This document shows, one piece after another, positions 47,163 through 57,553 of a stretch of 64,000 nt of DNA. Under the pieces are notes generated by a model. That model was not told the origin of the DNA, did not search any database, and saw nothing but the letters and a program-made list of their open reading frames with translations. Position 1 is the first letter of the stretch, and every line of letters starts with the position of its first letter. The DNA is taken from the NCBI GenBank assembly GCA_040384705.1, contig JAZKIU010000001.1:405847-469846 (forward strand). The letters are read 5' to 3'. This DNA comes from Patescibacteria group bacterium (GTDB lineage Bacteria; Patescibacteriota; Minisyncoccia; Phycocordibacterales; Phycocordibacteraceae). A program made the translations under genes and the position numbers.

Positions 47163-49415
47163 ATGAAGAAGCTGATGGGGCGCTACCTGGCCGCTTTCCT
47201 CATCCTCGGACTCGCGTTCGGGCCTTTTTCAGTCATTGCTGACGAGGAGCCTGCCTTCGAGCCTCCACAAGAGGCGGAAGCGGTAGAGATGACTCCTCCC
47301 GTTATAGTCGATGAGCCAGTACCAGTTGCGGACGCGACAAGCACACCTCCTATCGAGCCCGGCGAACCTGCTGCGGAAGCTGCCATTGAAGAAGCCTCGG
47401 TTCCCGTAGAGGCTGCGCCGGAATTTACGGAACCGGTTGAAGCAATCGCTCCCATCGATCCGGACACCTATGTCCCAGGCGAAGTCATCGTGAAGTTCAA
47501 GGAGCAGCATATCGACCTTGAAGAAGAGCAGGGAGTCGAGGAGAGCGAGGCGCTTATAGAGAAGCTCGACCTTACGACCGAGAATCTCATCGAGGGCCAG
47601 AACGTAGCGGTGCTGGGGACTGAAACCTCCATAGAACGCACGATCGCGCTCCTGGAAGCGAATCCGGAAGTCGAGTATGCGGAGCCGAATTACATTCGCA
47701 CTGTTGACGTCGCTACGACCGATACTCATATAACAAAGCAGTGGGCTCTCGATAATATCGGCCAAATATTCGCGACTGATGCTTCGGGAACGGCCGATGC
47801 TGACATAGATGCACCGGAGGCATGGGCACTATCGAAGGGAACCGGCATCGTTATTGCCGTGATCGACACAGGTATCGATTACGAGCATCCGGACCTGATG
47901 GATAATATGTGGGACGGTAGCGCCTGCATAGCATCCTCAACACCGCTCGGTGGCTGTATTCACGGGTACGATTTCTACGAGCAAGATGTCAACCCTGAGC
48001 AGGCAGGAGACCAGGAACTCCACGGAACTCACGTCTCCGGAATCATCGCGGCCGAGATGAATAACAGCATGGGAGTAGCAGGCGTTGCTCCGGAGGCGAA
48101 GATAATGGCGCTTCGCGTCGGTACGACCACATTCAGCACTTCTGCAATCGTCCGAGCAATAAATTTCGCTACAGAAAACGGCGCGGACATCATAAACGCC
48201 AGTTATAGCGGAGCAGGATTTTCGGACGCTGAGAAGGCGGCAATGCAGCGATTCGAGGACGCAGGAGGCATCTTCGTCACCGCAGCGGCAAATAGCGGCA
48301 ATGATATAGACAGTACGCCCGCATACCCCGCAAGCTATGACTTAGCTAGCATCATCAGCGTCGCTGCGACCGACGAGAATGACAACCTTGCAGAATTTTC
48401 TAACTACGGAGAAGAATCAGTCGATATCGGGGCGCCGGGTAATTCGATACTAAGTACGATACCTGCTGGATATGGCTATCTTGATGGAACCTCTATGGCG
48501 ACACCTCACGTCGCGGGCGTTGCGGCGCTCGTAAAGTCGTATCAGCCATCATTCACGGCCGCCCAGATAAAAGCAGCGTTGCTCGACACCGGAGATGCGC
48601 TCGATGGACTTTGCGAGAAGACGGTATCGGGGAAGCGCCTGAATGCACACAATGCATTGCTTGGCTCCACCACACCTGTATGCGATATCCAGCCTCCGAG
48701 CATCTCTCTCAATGGGCCTGATCCACTCACGCTCACAATCGGTGACACGTTCGTAGATCCGGGAGTTACCGTTATCGATAATCTGGATCCATCGCCATCG
48801 ATGATCGTGACGGGGAGTGTGGATACCTCAAGCGCAACGACGATGATCCTTATTTACACGGCGACCGACGCAAACAGCAATTCTGCTTCCACGACTCGTA
48901 CAGTCGTTGTGAGCGCTGCCGCTCCACCGCCGGTCTCAAGTGGTGGCGGTGGGGGAGGCGGAGGTGGCGGAGGTAGCACCAAGAAAAAGAGCGAGCCCGC
49001 AAAGCCTGTCGTGAAGCCTAAGGTGACCCCTAAGCTGGTACCCATGCCAGAACCGTCCGTCCCACGATTCCCACAGGCGGAAGTTCTCGGCGCCTCTACC
49101 TCATATACATTCACGCTCACTCTTTCCCTTGGCTCAACGGGTCAGGAAGTCACCGAACTCCAGAAGAAGCTCAAGGAGCTCGGGTTCTTCAGCGGGGAAG
49201 CGACTGGGTACTTCGGTCCACTGACCGAGACCGCAGTTAAGGCATTTCAATCCTCGAAGGGACTGGCGCCAGTGGGTACCGTAGGTCCGGAGACACGCGC
49301 TGCCCTTAATGGAACGGTATCGTTGCCAGCTTCGACTGATATCGCCTCGCTCAAGGCGCAGATAGCGGTGCTCCAGGCACAATTGGCGCTTCTTCTTGCG
49401 CAGGTGAAAAAGTAG
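47163..49415 (+). CDS. secreted S8 subtilisin-like protease with Ig-like and peptidoglycan-binding domains
   Basis: VIDTG, HGTHVSG, GTSMATP triad; Gly linker; GYFGPLT..AV..FQ. Confidence 0.92.
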   Translation: MKKLMGRYLAAFLILGLAFGPFSVIADEEPAFEPPQEAEAVEMTPPVIVDEPVPVADATSTPPIEPGEPAAEAAIEEASVPVEAAPEFTEPVEAIAPIDPDTYVPGEVIVKFKEQHIDLEEEQGVEESEALIEKLDLTTENLIEGQNVAVLGTETSIERTIALLEANPEVEYAEPNYIRTVDVATTDTHITKQWALDNIGQIFATDASGTADADIDAPEAWALSKGTGIVIAVIDTGIDYEHPDLMDNMWDGSACIASSTPLGGCIHGYDFYEQDVNPEQAGDQELHGTHVSGIIAAEMNNSMGVAGVAPEAKIMALRVGTTTFSTSAIVRAINFATENGADIINASYSGAGFSDAEKAAMQRFEDAGGIFVTAAANSGNDIDSTPAYPASYDLASIISVAATDENDNLAEFSNYGEESVDIGAPGNSILSTIPAGYGYLDGTSMATPHVAGVAALVKSYQPSFTAAQIKAALLDTGDALDGLCEKTVSGKRLNAHNALLGSTTPVCDIQPPSISLNGPDPLTLTIGDTFVDPGVTVIDNLDPSPSMIVTGSVDTSSATTMILIYTATDANSNSASTTRTVVVSAAAPPPVSSGGGGGGGGGGGSTKKKSEPAKPVVKPKVTPKLVPMPEPSVPRFPQAEVLGASTSYTFTLTLSLGSTGQEVTELQKKLKELGFFSGEATGYFGPLTETAVKAFQSSKGLAPVGTVGPETRAALNGTVSLPASTDIASLKAQIAVLQAQLALLLAQVKK

Positions 49416-49499
49416 TTGCCTTTTAAGAACGCAGGTATAGAGTGAAAAGGACCGCCATGTGGGGGTCAATTGTCGTTAATCTAGATGGGGGACGTTGCG

Positions 49500-49781
49500 A
49501 TGAGCACGTCAAAGATCACACCGCCGACCGTGACCAGCAAGCTCAAGAGGGGCTCGGTGGTGCAAATCGAGGTCATCCTCGGAGAAGCCTGTACGAAGAA
49601 GAAGACGGCGTTCAATTGGACGGTCGAGATGCGGGCAGCCTTCCTGGCCGCCTACCGCGCCGGCCTCGCCATCGCCCAAGAGATCAAGGATCGCTTCGGC
49701 ATTACCGCCAAGCTCATCGGAGATTGGGCGAAGAACGCCGGCGTGATCGCGAAACGCGACCAATACTTCGTTCCTGCCTAG
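49500..49781 (+). CDS. small protein with probable C-terminal HTH (accessory)
   Basis: WTVEMR...IAQEIKDRFGITAKLIGDW; hairpin downstream. Confidence 0.55.
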   Translation: MSTSKITPPTVTSKLKRGSVVQIEVILGEACTKKKTAFNWTVEMRAAFLAAYRAGLAIAQEIKDRFGITAKLIGDWAKNAGVIAKRDQYFVPA

Positions 49782-49885
49782 GAACGGGACCGGGCAGAAC
49801 GCCCGGATATAGACCGCAGAGCCGCACCATCTGGTGCGGCTCATTGTTTTCCACCCTCGCCCATGCGGTATGGTATCGTACGCAT

Positions 49886-50839
49886 ATGAACCAGAAGCCC
49901 GTCCTCCTCTCCGGCATGAAGCCGACCGGTATCGCGCATATCGGCAACTATTTCGGTGCGCTCAAGCAGTGGGTCGACCTCCAGGAAGCAGGGGAGCACG
50001 AGTGCTTCCTTATGATTGCCGACTACCACGCGCTCAATTTCATACAGGACGCAGGCCAGATGCATGCGCTTACGCGCGAGCTTGCACGCACCCTCCTTGC
50101 GATAGGCCTCGACCCCGAGAAGGTCACCATCTTCAAGCAATCGAGTGTGCAGGCGCACACCGAGCTTGCCTGGGTGTTCGACACCATCACCACGATGCCG
50201 TACCTCATGCGCGCGCATGCCTTCAAGGATGCTGAAGCGAAGGATAAGGAGATAAACGTCGGGACGTTCAACTATCCGATGCTCATGGCGGCCGATATCC
50301 TTCTGTATGACGCTGCGGTCGTGCCGGTGGGCCAGGACCAGAAGCAGCACATCGAATACGCCCGCGATACCGCGGAGAAGTTCAATCGCATCTTCGGCGA
50401 GACCTTCATGCTTCCTGAGCCTTTGATAATGCCGGAGGTCGCGGTCGTTCCGGGAGTGGATGGCCAGAAGATGTCCAAGAGCTATAGCAATACCATCCCA
50501 CTCTTCGCTTCAAGGGAGGAACTCACCAAGGCGGTCATGAGCATCGTGACCGATTCCTCGGGAGGCCGCCCAGAGAACGTATATGCGATTCATAAGCTGG
50601 TGCGTAGCGAGTCGGAGCTTGAAGCCCTGTACAAGGATAACGAGGGCCAGTACAAGGCGCTCAAGGATGCGCTCATCGAAGACCTCGATGCACTCATTGC
50701 TCCTATGCGAGCTCGATACCAGGAGCTCGAACAGGACCCGAATGCTATCGATGCAGTACTTATGAAGGGCGGGGAGAAAGCATGCGAGCGTGCCGAGGCG
50801 AAGATGGCGGAGGTGCGCAAGGCTATTGGGGTGAACTAG
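49886..50839 (+). CDS. trpS: tryptophan--tRNA ligase
   Basis: SGMKPTG..HIGNY, YPMLMAADIL, VPVG.DQ, KMSKS. Confidence 0.96.
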   Translation: MNQKPVLLSGMKPTGIAHIGNYFGALKQWVDLQEAGEHECFLMIADYHALNFIQDAGQMHALTRELARTLLAIGLDPEKVTIFKQSSVQAHTELAWVFDTITTMPYLMRAHAFKDAEAKDKEINVGTFNYPMLMAADILLYDAAVVPVGQDQKQHIEYARDTAEKFNRIFGETFMLPEPLIMPEVAVVPGVDGQKMSKSYSNTIPLFASREELTKAVMSIVTDSSGGRPENVYAIHKLVRSESELEALYKDNEGQYKALKDALIEDLDALIAPMRARYQELEQDPNAIDAVLMKGGEKACERAEAKMAEVRKAIGVN

Positions 50840-50882
50840 GCACTCGCGCAGCTTTTGCGCGGGCGTGCTAATTTATAGGGAT

Positions 50883-52214
50883 ATGACCGAACGAACGCTT
50901 ATTTCCGACCTCGCAGGCAAGGCAGGCGAGATTGTTTCCATACAGGGCTGGGTGGACGTGAGGCGCGATCAGGGGAAGCTCGTCTTCTTCGATTTCCGTG
51001 ACCGTTCGGGCACTGTCCAGGGCGTGGTGCTTCCGGGAGACGAAGCGCTCATGACCGCTGCAAAGGAAGTCCGTAACGAGTTCGTGGTGTCGGTCGAGGG
51101 CATCGTAAACAATCGTCCCGAGAAGAATATCCAGGAAGGGAAGCTGAACGGAGCTATCGAGCTCGAGATAAAGGGCATCGAGGTGCTCGCGAAGGCGCAG
51201 GAGCTTCCGTTCGATAAGGATACGGACCTCAACATCGAGACACGCTTCGACTATCGTCCGTTCACGCTTCGCAGCGAACGCGATCGCGACATCTTCCTCG
51301 TGCAAGCGACTGCCGTTGCCGCATACCGCAATGCACTCGCAAGCCGTGGATTCACTGACTTCCAGGCACCAGCACTCGTAGGTGGCGACGCCGAAGGAGG
51401 CGCGGCCGTCTTCAAGGTCCAGTACTACAACGACCAGACCGCATACCTCGCGACCAGCCCGCAGCTGTACAAGCAGATAATGGTCGGGGCGTTCGAGCGC
51501 GTGTTCACCATTGCGAAGATATTCCGAGCCGAGAAGAGTGCCACCACCCGCCACCTCTCCGAACTCACCCAGATGGACTTCGAGATGGGCTTCATCAACG
51601 ACGAGCACGATGTCATGAACACGCTCGAGGCGGTCATCCGCGACACGGTGCGCGAGGTGGCGGCTAAGCATGGTGACGTGTTCGTCCGTATGAACGTCGA
51701 GACTCCTGCGCTCGGCGAGAAGTTCCCGGTACTTACGCTCGCGGAGGCCCATGCGACGCTCGGCGTGGAGCCCGAGGACGATATGACCCCCGAGCATGAA
51801 CGCGCCATCTGCGAGTGGGCGAAGAAGGAGCATAACTGCGACTTCGTATTCATTACCCGATTCCCGACAGCAGCCCGCGCGTTCTATACGATGGCGGATA
51901 GCGAGGACCCAACCTTCAGTAAGGGATTCGATCTTCTGTTCCGCGGCCTTGAGATAAACAGCGGGGCGCAGCGCATCCATGACTACGATGAGATGGTCGC
52001 CCGCATCGAGGAACGCGGCATGGATCCCAAGAAGTTCGACTTCTACCTCCAGGCTTTCAAGTATGGACTTCCTCCCCACGGCGGCTGCTCAACTGGTCTT
52101 GAGCGCTTCACCGCCCGCATGCTCGAGCTCGCGAACGTGAAGGAGGCGAGCCCATTCCCGCGCGATATGAACCGCATCGATACCTTCCTCTCCAAGAATG
52201 AAGCTGACGTTTAG
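50883..52214 (+). CDS. aspS: aspartate--tRNA ligase, short archaeal-like type (probably non-discriminating)
   Basis: OB fold RDQGKL.F, SPQLYKQ, FRAE, PPHGG...GLER, FPRD; no GAD insertion. Confidence 0.88.
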   Translation: MTERTLISDLAGKAGEIVSIQGWVDVRRDQGKLVFFDFRDRSGTVQGVVLPGDEALMTAAKEVRNEFVVSVEGIVNNRPEKNIQEGKLNGAIELEIKGIEVLAKAQELPFDKDTDLNIETRFDYRPFTLRSERDRDIFLVQATAVAAYRNALASRGFTDFQAPALVGGDAEGGAAVFKVQYYNDQTAYLATSPQLYKQIMVGAFERVFTIAKIFRAEKSATTRHLSELTQMDFEMGFINDEHDVMNTLEAVIRDTVREVAAKHGDVFVRMNVETPALGEKFPVLTLAEAHATLGVEPEDDMTPEHERAICEWAKKEHNCDFVFITRFPTAARAFYTMADSEDPTFSKGFDLLFRGLEINSGAQRIHDYDEMVARIEERGMDPKKFDFYLQAFKYGLPPHGGCSTGLERFTARMLELANVKEASPFPRDMNRIDTFLSKNEADV

Positions 52215-53613
52215 CACCAGCGGAATCGATGCAGCTCCGAAAGGATACGTCCGCGTACGGCTGACGCAGGAGCCGAAATCGGTGCGCCGATTCGTGCGGG
52301 ACAATGGGGTTGAGTGGCTCGAGATAGGGGCAGGGAAGCCGGGCGAGATGAACAACCGCCAGTTCATCATCCTCTGCCGCGCGATCGTGAACGCAGCGAA
52401 GACGAACAAGATAAAGAAGGTAGCGGTTCAGTTCGACATAACGCCGGAGCTTTGGGAGAAGCTCGTCTTCACCACGCCCGAGCAGCCGTGCGAGATAGCG
52501 GCTACCAACTTCGAGATGGCGAACTTCGAGTTCCGCACGTTCAAGACGAAGCCCAAGGAAGGGTGGAACGAGGTCGAAGAGATACTCATCTGCGACAAGG
52601 CATCCAAGGCCATGAAGGATGGCCTTGCTCGCGGCCAAGCGATAGGGCGCGCAGTGAACGCGTGCCGCGAGCTCGCGAACACGCCGGGGGGCGACATGAC
52701 GCCGAAGAGGCTCGCGAGCGAAGCGAAGAAGGCTGCTACAGGCCTTCCCATCACCGTCACGACGATTGGGCGCGCGCAGATGCAGAAGCTCTCCATGGGC
52801 GCCCTGCTCGGCGTCGCGAAGGGATCGTCGGAGGAGCCGACATTCACCATCATGGAGTACAAGGGCGGGAAGGGCGCGCCCATCGTACTTGCAGGAAAAG
52901 GCATCACCTTCGACTCGGGCGGCTTGAACCTGAAGTCTTCCGACCACATCTACGAAATGCACATGGATATGTCGGGCGCGGCTGCCGTGATCCACAGCGT
53001 CGCGCTCGCTGCTCGCCTCAAGCTTAAGAAGAATGTCATTGGTCTCATTCCTGCGGCGGAGAACATGCCGGGCAATAACGCGGTGCGTCCTGGCGATATC
53101 CTTACCTCGCTCTCGGGGAAGACCATCGAGATCACCGACACGGACGCTGAAGGGAGGTTGATACTCGCGGACGCGATAACGTACGCGAAGCGCTTCAAGC
53201 CGTCCGTTGTGCTCGATGTGGCGACGTTGACCGGAGCCGCCATGTCCGCGCTCGGCCTCTTCGCTTCCGGCCTTCTGACGCGTGACGATGCGCTCGCCGA
53301 GGAGCTGCTCGCGCGCGGCGAGGAGAGCGGTGACTATCTCTGGCGGCTTCCGCTCTGGGATGAGTATGAGAAGGGGACTGAGAGCGATTTCGCCGACCTC
53401 GCGAATTATCCTAGCAACAGGAGCTTCCGGTACGGAGGCGCCTCGAACGGCGGCATCTTCCTCTGGCAGTTCGCCAAGGAGCTCGACTGCCCCTGGGCGC
53501 ACCTCGACATAGCGCCGAGGATGACCGCGGCGCCAGGAGACGAGCTCGCCAAGGGCGCGGCCGGAACGCCCGTGCGGCTCTTGCTATCATTCATAGAGTC
53601 ATGGAAGGCGTAG
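52198..53613 (+). CDS. pepA: M17 leucyl aminopeptidase
   Basis: GKGITFDSGG, DMSGAA, TDAEGRL, DVATLTG, HLDIA. Confidence 0.92.
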   Translation: MKLTFSTSGIDAAPKGYVRVRLTQEPKSVRRFVRDNGVEWLEIGAGKPGEMNNRQFIILCRAIVNAAKTNKIKKVAVQFDITPELWEKLVFTTPEQPCEIAATNFEMANFEFRTFKTKPKEGWNEVEEILICDKASKAMKDGLARGQAIGRAVNACRELANTPGGDMTPKRLASEAKKAATGLPITVTTIGRAQMQKLSMGALLGVAKGSSEEPTFTIMEYKGGKGAPIVLAGKGITFDSGGLNLKSSDHIYEMHMDMSGAAAVIHSVALAARLKLKKNVIGLIPAAENMPGNNAVRPGDILTSLSGKTIEITDTDAEGRLILADAITYAKRFKPSVVLDVATLTGAAMSALGLFASGLLTRDDALAEELLARGEESGDYLWRLPLWDEYEKGTESDFADLANYPSNRSFRYGGASNGGIFLWQFAKELDCPWAHLDIAPRMTAAPGDELAKGAAGTPVRLLLSFIESWKA

Positions 53614-54335
53614 CTACCCGTTTTCATATAAAGACGGAGTCCTATGAAGGACCGTTCGAGCTTATCCTCGATCTAATCGAGCGGCGCCAGCTTTCCATAA
53701 ACGAGCTTTCGCTCGCGCAGGTCACCGATGACTACATACAGCACGTGCGTGGGCACGGAACCTTTCCGATGGAGGATGCCGCCCAGTTCATCGGTATTGC
53801 CGCGACCCTGCTCCTCATCAAGTCGAAGTCCCTCATCCCTGACCTCGAGCTCACCGGAGAGGAAGAAGAGGACATGGACGACCTCAAGCGCCGGCTCGCG
53901 GAATACGAGCGTGTGCGCGAGATGATGCGTGAGCTCTCCCGCATATTCGGGAAGAATGTCATGGTGTCTGCTGGCGAGCGTGCCCCGGAAGTCGTGTTCG
54001 CTCCAGCGCGTGACCTTACGCTCGCCAAGCTTGAGAGCGCGCTTGCTGACGCGCTTGCGGCCCTTGAGAAGGAAGAGAAGCTGCCTGAAGCGAGAGTGCG
54101 CCCCTTGGTGACCATCGAAGAGATGATGGACACCCTCCTTACACGCGTGCAGAAGGCGATGACAATCTCGTTTAAAGAGTTCTCGGGAACCGCCAAGGAG
54201 AAGGTGGAAGTCATCGTATCGTTCCTGGCACTCCTTGAGCTCGTGAAGGAGGGGGCGGTGGAGGCGCTCCAGAGCGGCTCGTTCTCGGACATCAGCATTA
54301 CGAATACGTCGTCGAGCGTTCCGCATTATGGCTAA
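53601..54335 (+). CDS. scpA: segregation/condensation protein A
   Basis: YEGPFELILDLI, AATLLLIKSKSL, FLALLEL. Confidence 0.92.
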   Translation: MEGVATRFHIKTESYEGPFELILDLIERRQLSINELSLAQVTDDYIQHVRGHGTFPMEDAAQFIGIAATLLLIKSKSLIPDLELTGEEEEDMDDLKRRLAEYERVREMMRELSRIFGKNVMVSAGERAPEVVFAPARDLTLAKLESALADALAALEKEEKLPEARVRPLVTIEEMMDTLLTRVQKAMTISFKEFSGTAKEKVEVIVSFLALLELVKEGAVEALQSGSFSDISITNTSSSVPHYG

Positions 54336-54930
54336 GCAGATAGTCATCATTCATGGAGGCAGTGCGCAGAACTCGTACGAAGAGTATGTGGAGCGACTGA
54401 GGACCAGGGAGGTAACCATTGATGACTTCAAAAAGCATAAGGGGTGGAAGGACTTCATCGTTAGTGAACTCGGTAATGACTGGGAGATGCTCACTCCGGA
54501 AATGCCCAGCAAGAAGAATGCGAAATACCTTGAGTGGAAGATCTGGTTCGAACGAATGCTCCCATTCATAGAGGATGGGGCTGTATTCATTGGGCATTCG
54601 CTTGGCGGTCTCTTCTTGGCTAAATACCTCTCGGAGGAAACGTACCCGAAGTCAATACGAGCCACCATTCTCGTGGCTGCCCCATACAATACGCTGACCG
54701 AACACCCACGCGCTGATTTCAATATCACCAAACCCCTGCGCGGCCTCGAGGAGCAGGGAGGAGAGGTATTCCTCTATCACAGCCCTGATGACACTGTGGT
54801 TCCGCTCTCGAACTTCGAGCATTACCGCAATGATTTACCGGGAGCGCACGCGATCGTGCTTGAGGGTCGTGGTCATTTCAACGAGCCGACATTCCCAGAG
54901 CTTGTAGAAAAGATCCTGGAAATGGATTGA
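54328..54930 (+). CDS. alpha/beta hydrolase (YdeN/RBBP9-like)
   Basis: IHGG, GHSLG, HS.DD.VV, GHF. Confidence 0.88.
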   Translation: MAKQIVIIHGGSAQNSYEEYVERLRTREVTIDDFKKHKGWKDFIVSELGNDWEMLTPEMPSKKNAKYLEWKIWFERMLPFIEDGAVFIGHSLGGLFLAKYLSEETYPKSIRATILVAAPYNTLTEHPRADFNITKPLRGLEEQGGEVFLYHSPDDTVVPLSNFEHYRNDLPGAHAIVLEGRGHFNEPTFPELVEKILEMD

Positions 54931-54999
54931 CAGGCAGCTCCGACACGTTAGTATCGTCAGGCCGCCAGATTGTGGGGTAATCGAGGGAGAAGACGGATT

Positions 55000-55125
55000 A
55001 TGTCCGCCAATAAAAGTACCGGGAAGCACAGCAAGAAGTCGAACGCCGAGGGCCGCCGGACCTTTCCGAGCAGGAAGCCCAGGACTCGTTCCAAGGACGC
55101 GGGGAACCCCGCCACGACTCGCTGA
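55000..55125 (+). CDS. 41-aa basic peptide (accessory)
   Basis: Hand-translated MSANKSTGKHSKKSNAEGRRTFPSRKPRTRSKDAGNPATTR; TTGACA promoter, GAGGGAG SD-like, hairpin downstream. Confidence 0.45.
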   Translation: MSANKSTGKHSKKSNAEGRRTFPSRKPRTRSKDAGNPATTR

Positions 55126-55189
55126 CACCCAGTCAGCCTGAAATACCGCGTCCCGTTGCTCGCGCAACGGGACGTATTTCTTTAGTACG

Positions 55190-55960
55190 CTAGAACAAGA
55201 TCACGAAGAAGAATAGGAGCGCGATGGCGATGCGGTACACGCCGAACGGGATGAACGTGTAGCGCTTCACGATGCGCAGGAGGAATTTCATGGAAACGAG
55301 GGCGACTACGAGCGACACTATAAATCCAACGGCCATAAACTGGACATCAGCGGAGGCGAACGTGTGTGCGCTCTTCAGGAGGTCGTATCCGGTTGCTGCG
55401 ACCATGGTAGGCACCGCGAGCAGGAAGGAGAACTCGACGATGGAGATGCGGCGCATGCCAGCGAGCAGACCCCCCACGATGGTAGCAGCTGAGCGCGAGA
55501 CGCCCGGGATGATGGCGATGGATTGGAAGAGGCCGACCAGTATCGCTTGCTTATACGTGATGGATTTCGCATCGAGGGACGCGTCCTCCCGCTCCTTATG
55601 CAGTAGCTCGAACACGATGAGGGCGATACCACCCACGAAGAGAGATATGACCACCACCGTTGAGTTACCTAGCAGATATCCCTTTACGTATGGATACACC
55701 AGGAAGCCTACGAGCCCCGTTGGTAGGAAGGCCACAAAGAGCTTCTTCAAGAGCCCGATATCGAGGAATGAGCGCCAGTAGAGGATGACCACGGCTGCAA
55801 TAGCGCCGAGCTGGACTGCTATCTGGAAGGACTTGAGGAACTCGGTGGAGGGGAGCCCAAGAAGCTCGCTCGCGAGAATTAGATGCCCTGTAGAGGAGAT
55901 GGGGAGGAATTCGGTGAATCCTTCGAGGGCGCCGAGGATAATGCTATCGAGCAACGTCAT
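55190..55960 (-). CDS. uppP: undecaprenyl-diphosphate phosphatase
   Basis: EGFTEFLPISSTGH, PGVSRS, EFSFLLAVP. Confidence 0.95.
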   Translation of the reverse strand: MTLLDSIILGALEGFTEFLPISSTGHLILASELLGLPSTEFLKSFQIAVQLGAIAAVVILYWRSFLDIGLLKKLFVAFLPTGLVGFLVYPYVKGYLLGNSTVVVISLFVGGIALIVFELLHKEREDASLDAKSITYKQAILVGLFQSIAIIPGVSRSAATIVGGLLAGMRRISIVEFSFLLAVPTMVAATGYDLLKSAHTFASADVQFMAVGFIVSLVVALVSMKFLLRIVKRYTFIPFGVYRIAIALLFFFVILF

Positions 55961-56052
55961 GATAGCGCTAGTGTAGCATTCGGAGGAGGGCATCCGTTGA
56001 CCACAAAAAGAGGGTTGTAGTCCAGTCTTTGAGCGGGTATTCTAGAGATACT

Positions 56053-56607
56053 ATGGGACTCGCTACTGACGCCCGTCTTGAGGCTGTATTGTTCGCAGCC
56101 GGTGAGCCGCTCACCAAGAAAAGGCTTTCCGCCCTTCTCGATATTCCGTATGCCGTGCTCGATGAGGCGGTTGCTGTTCTGCGTGACTCACTTTCAGAAA
56201 GGGGCCTCACGCTCATCGAGACCGATACGGAAGTCGAGCTGCGCACGAGCGCGGAAGCTGCGGACGATATCAAGAAGCTCCGTGAGAGCGAGCTTTCGCG
56301 CGACCTCGGAAAAGCGAGCCTCGAGACGCTCGCTATGGTCGTGTATAGAGGAGGAGCGACGCGAGGGGAGATAGATTTCGTACGTGGAGTGAATTCCGCT
56401 GCTGCAGTGCGCACGCTCCTTCTTCGGGGCCTTATAGAGCGCACCGAGGACCCGGGCGATAAGCGACGCGCGCGCTACCTTCCGACCGTGGACGCGCTTG
56501 CGCACCTGGGAGTAGGGAAGAGGGAGGAGCTGCCGCGCTATGCTGAGTTCACCGCAACGCTTATGGAACAGGAAGGGAAAGCCCAGCTCGCCGAAGAACC
56601 CGCATGA
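56053..56607 (+). CDS. scpB: segregation/condensation protein B
   Basis: LEAVLFAAGEP, SLETLA, TRGEID.VRGVNS, LLRGLI. Confidence 0.92.
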   Translation: MGLATDARLEAVLFAAGEPLTKKRLSALLDIPYAVLDEAVAVLRDSLSERGLTLIETDTEVELRTSAEAADDIKKLRESELSRDLGKASLETLAMVVYRGGATRGEIDFVRGVNSAAAVRTLLLRGLIERTEDPGDKRRARYLPTVDALAHLGVGKREELPRYAEFTATLMEQEGKAQLAEEPA

Positions 56608-57551
56608 ACGACAAACGAGAACTCCAAGCCCTCATAAAACGCTACCAAGCGCGGCAGAGCCGCCAGATGGGAGTAGCGATACTTGCGGGCACGCTAGTGC
56701 TCGCGCTTGCCGTGTTCTTGGCACCGAAACCCGATACTGAAGAGGCAGTAGTCGCTGAGTTGCCTGCGGTAGTCGCACCGAATGCGTACGAGGACGTGAC
56801 GCTTATAGGTAAGGCAGCCATTGTCTACGATCTTAAGACTGGGGAAGTATTGTTCGAACGCAACGCGAAAGCGCAGCTGCCGCTCGCGTCACTGACCAAG
56901 CTCCTTACCGTCTATGCGGCCGCTTCCGCGCTTTCACCAACCACGCCCGTCACCATTACCGAGAGCGCGCTACTCGCTGACGGGGAGAGCGGGTTCATGG
57001 CTGGTGAGACATTCGCCTTTGCCGATCTTGCGCGTCTCGCACTCGTCTCCTCGAGCAATGACGCGACGCAAGCTATCGCGGAGACGACAGGGAACAAGCG
57101 TGCGCAGTCAGGCCCTAATCTTCTTGCGAGCGCGGCTGCAGCTGCCGGCCTCTCTCAGACCTATGCGCTTAACGGTACCGGACTCGACGAGAGCACCTCG
57201 GTATCGGGCGGCTATGGCTCGGCTACCGACGTTGCGAAGCTCGCAGGAGCGCTCCTCACTACCGCACCCGATATTGCGCATGCCAGCACGCAGTCCTCGC
57301 TCACCATAAACTCCGTTTCGGGAGTCCCTCATACGCTCAAGAACACGAACCCGAACGTCATCCATGTGCCGAACATCCTGCTTTCCAAGACCGGGTTCAC
57401 CGATCTTGCGGGAGGGAACCTCGTTGTGGTGTTCGATGCAGCCATAGGGCACCCGGTCGCTATCGTGGTGCTCGGCTCCACCGTTGACGGGCGCTTCAGT
57501 GATGTCGATAGGCTGCTCACGAAGACACTGGAGCACTTCGCTGGTATATAA
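56604..57551 (+). CDS. S11 D-Ala-D-Ala carboxypeptidase
   Basis: ASLTK, SSN, KTG motifs. Confidence 0.9.
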   Translation: MNDKRELQALIKRYQARQSRQMGVAILAGTLVLALAVFLAPKPDTEEAVVAELPAVVAPNAYEDVTLIGKAAIVYDLKTGEVLFERNAKAQLPLASLTKLLTVYAAASALSPTTPVTITESALLADGESGFMAGETFAFADLARLALVSSSNDATQAIAETTGNKRAQSGPNLLASAAAAAGLSQTYALNGTGLDESTSVSGGYGSATDVAKLAGALLTTAPDIAHASTQSSLTINSVSGVPHTLKNTNPNVIHVPNILLSKTGFTDLAGGNLVVVFDAAIGHPVAIVVLGSTVDGRFSDVDRLLTKTLEHFAGI

Positions 57552-57553
57552 CC

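Noticed and set aside
48940-48975. GGN-rich tract as tandem repeat
   Set aside because: Simply encodes the poly-Gly linker of the S8 protease
49442-49885. Long N-terminal extension of TrpS in the ORF track (similarly 20174, 10764, 59164)
   Set aside because: Downstream ATGs with adjacent -10 boxes match family starts; the trpS extension overlaps another gene and a terminator
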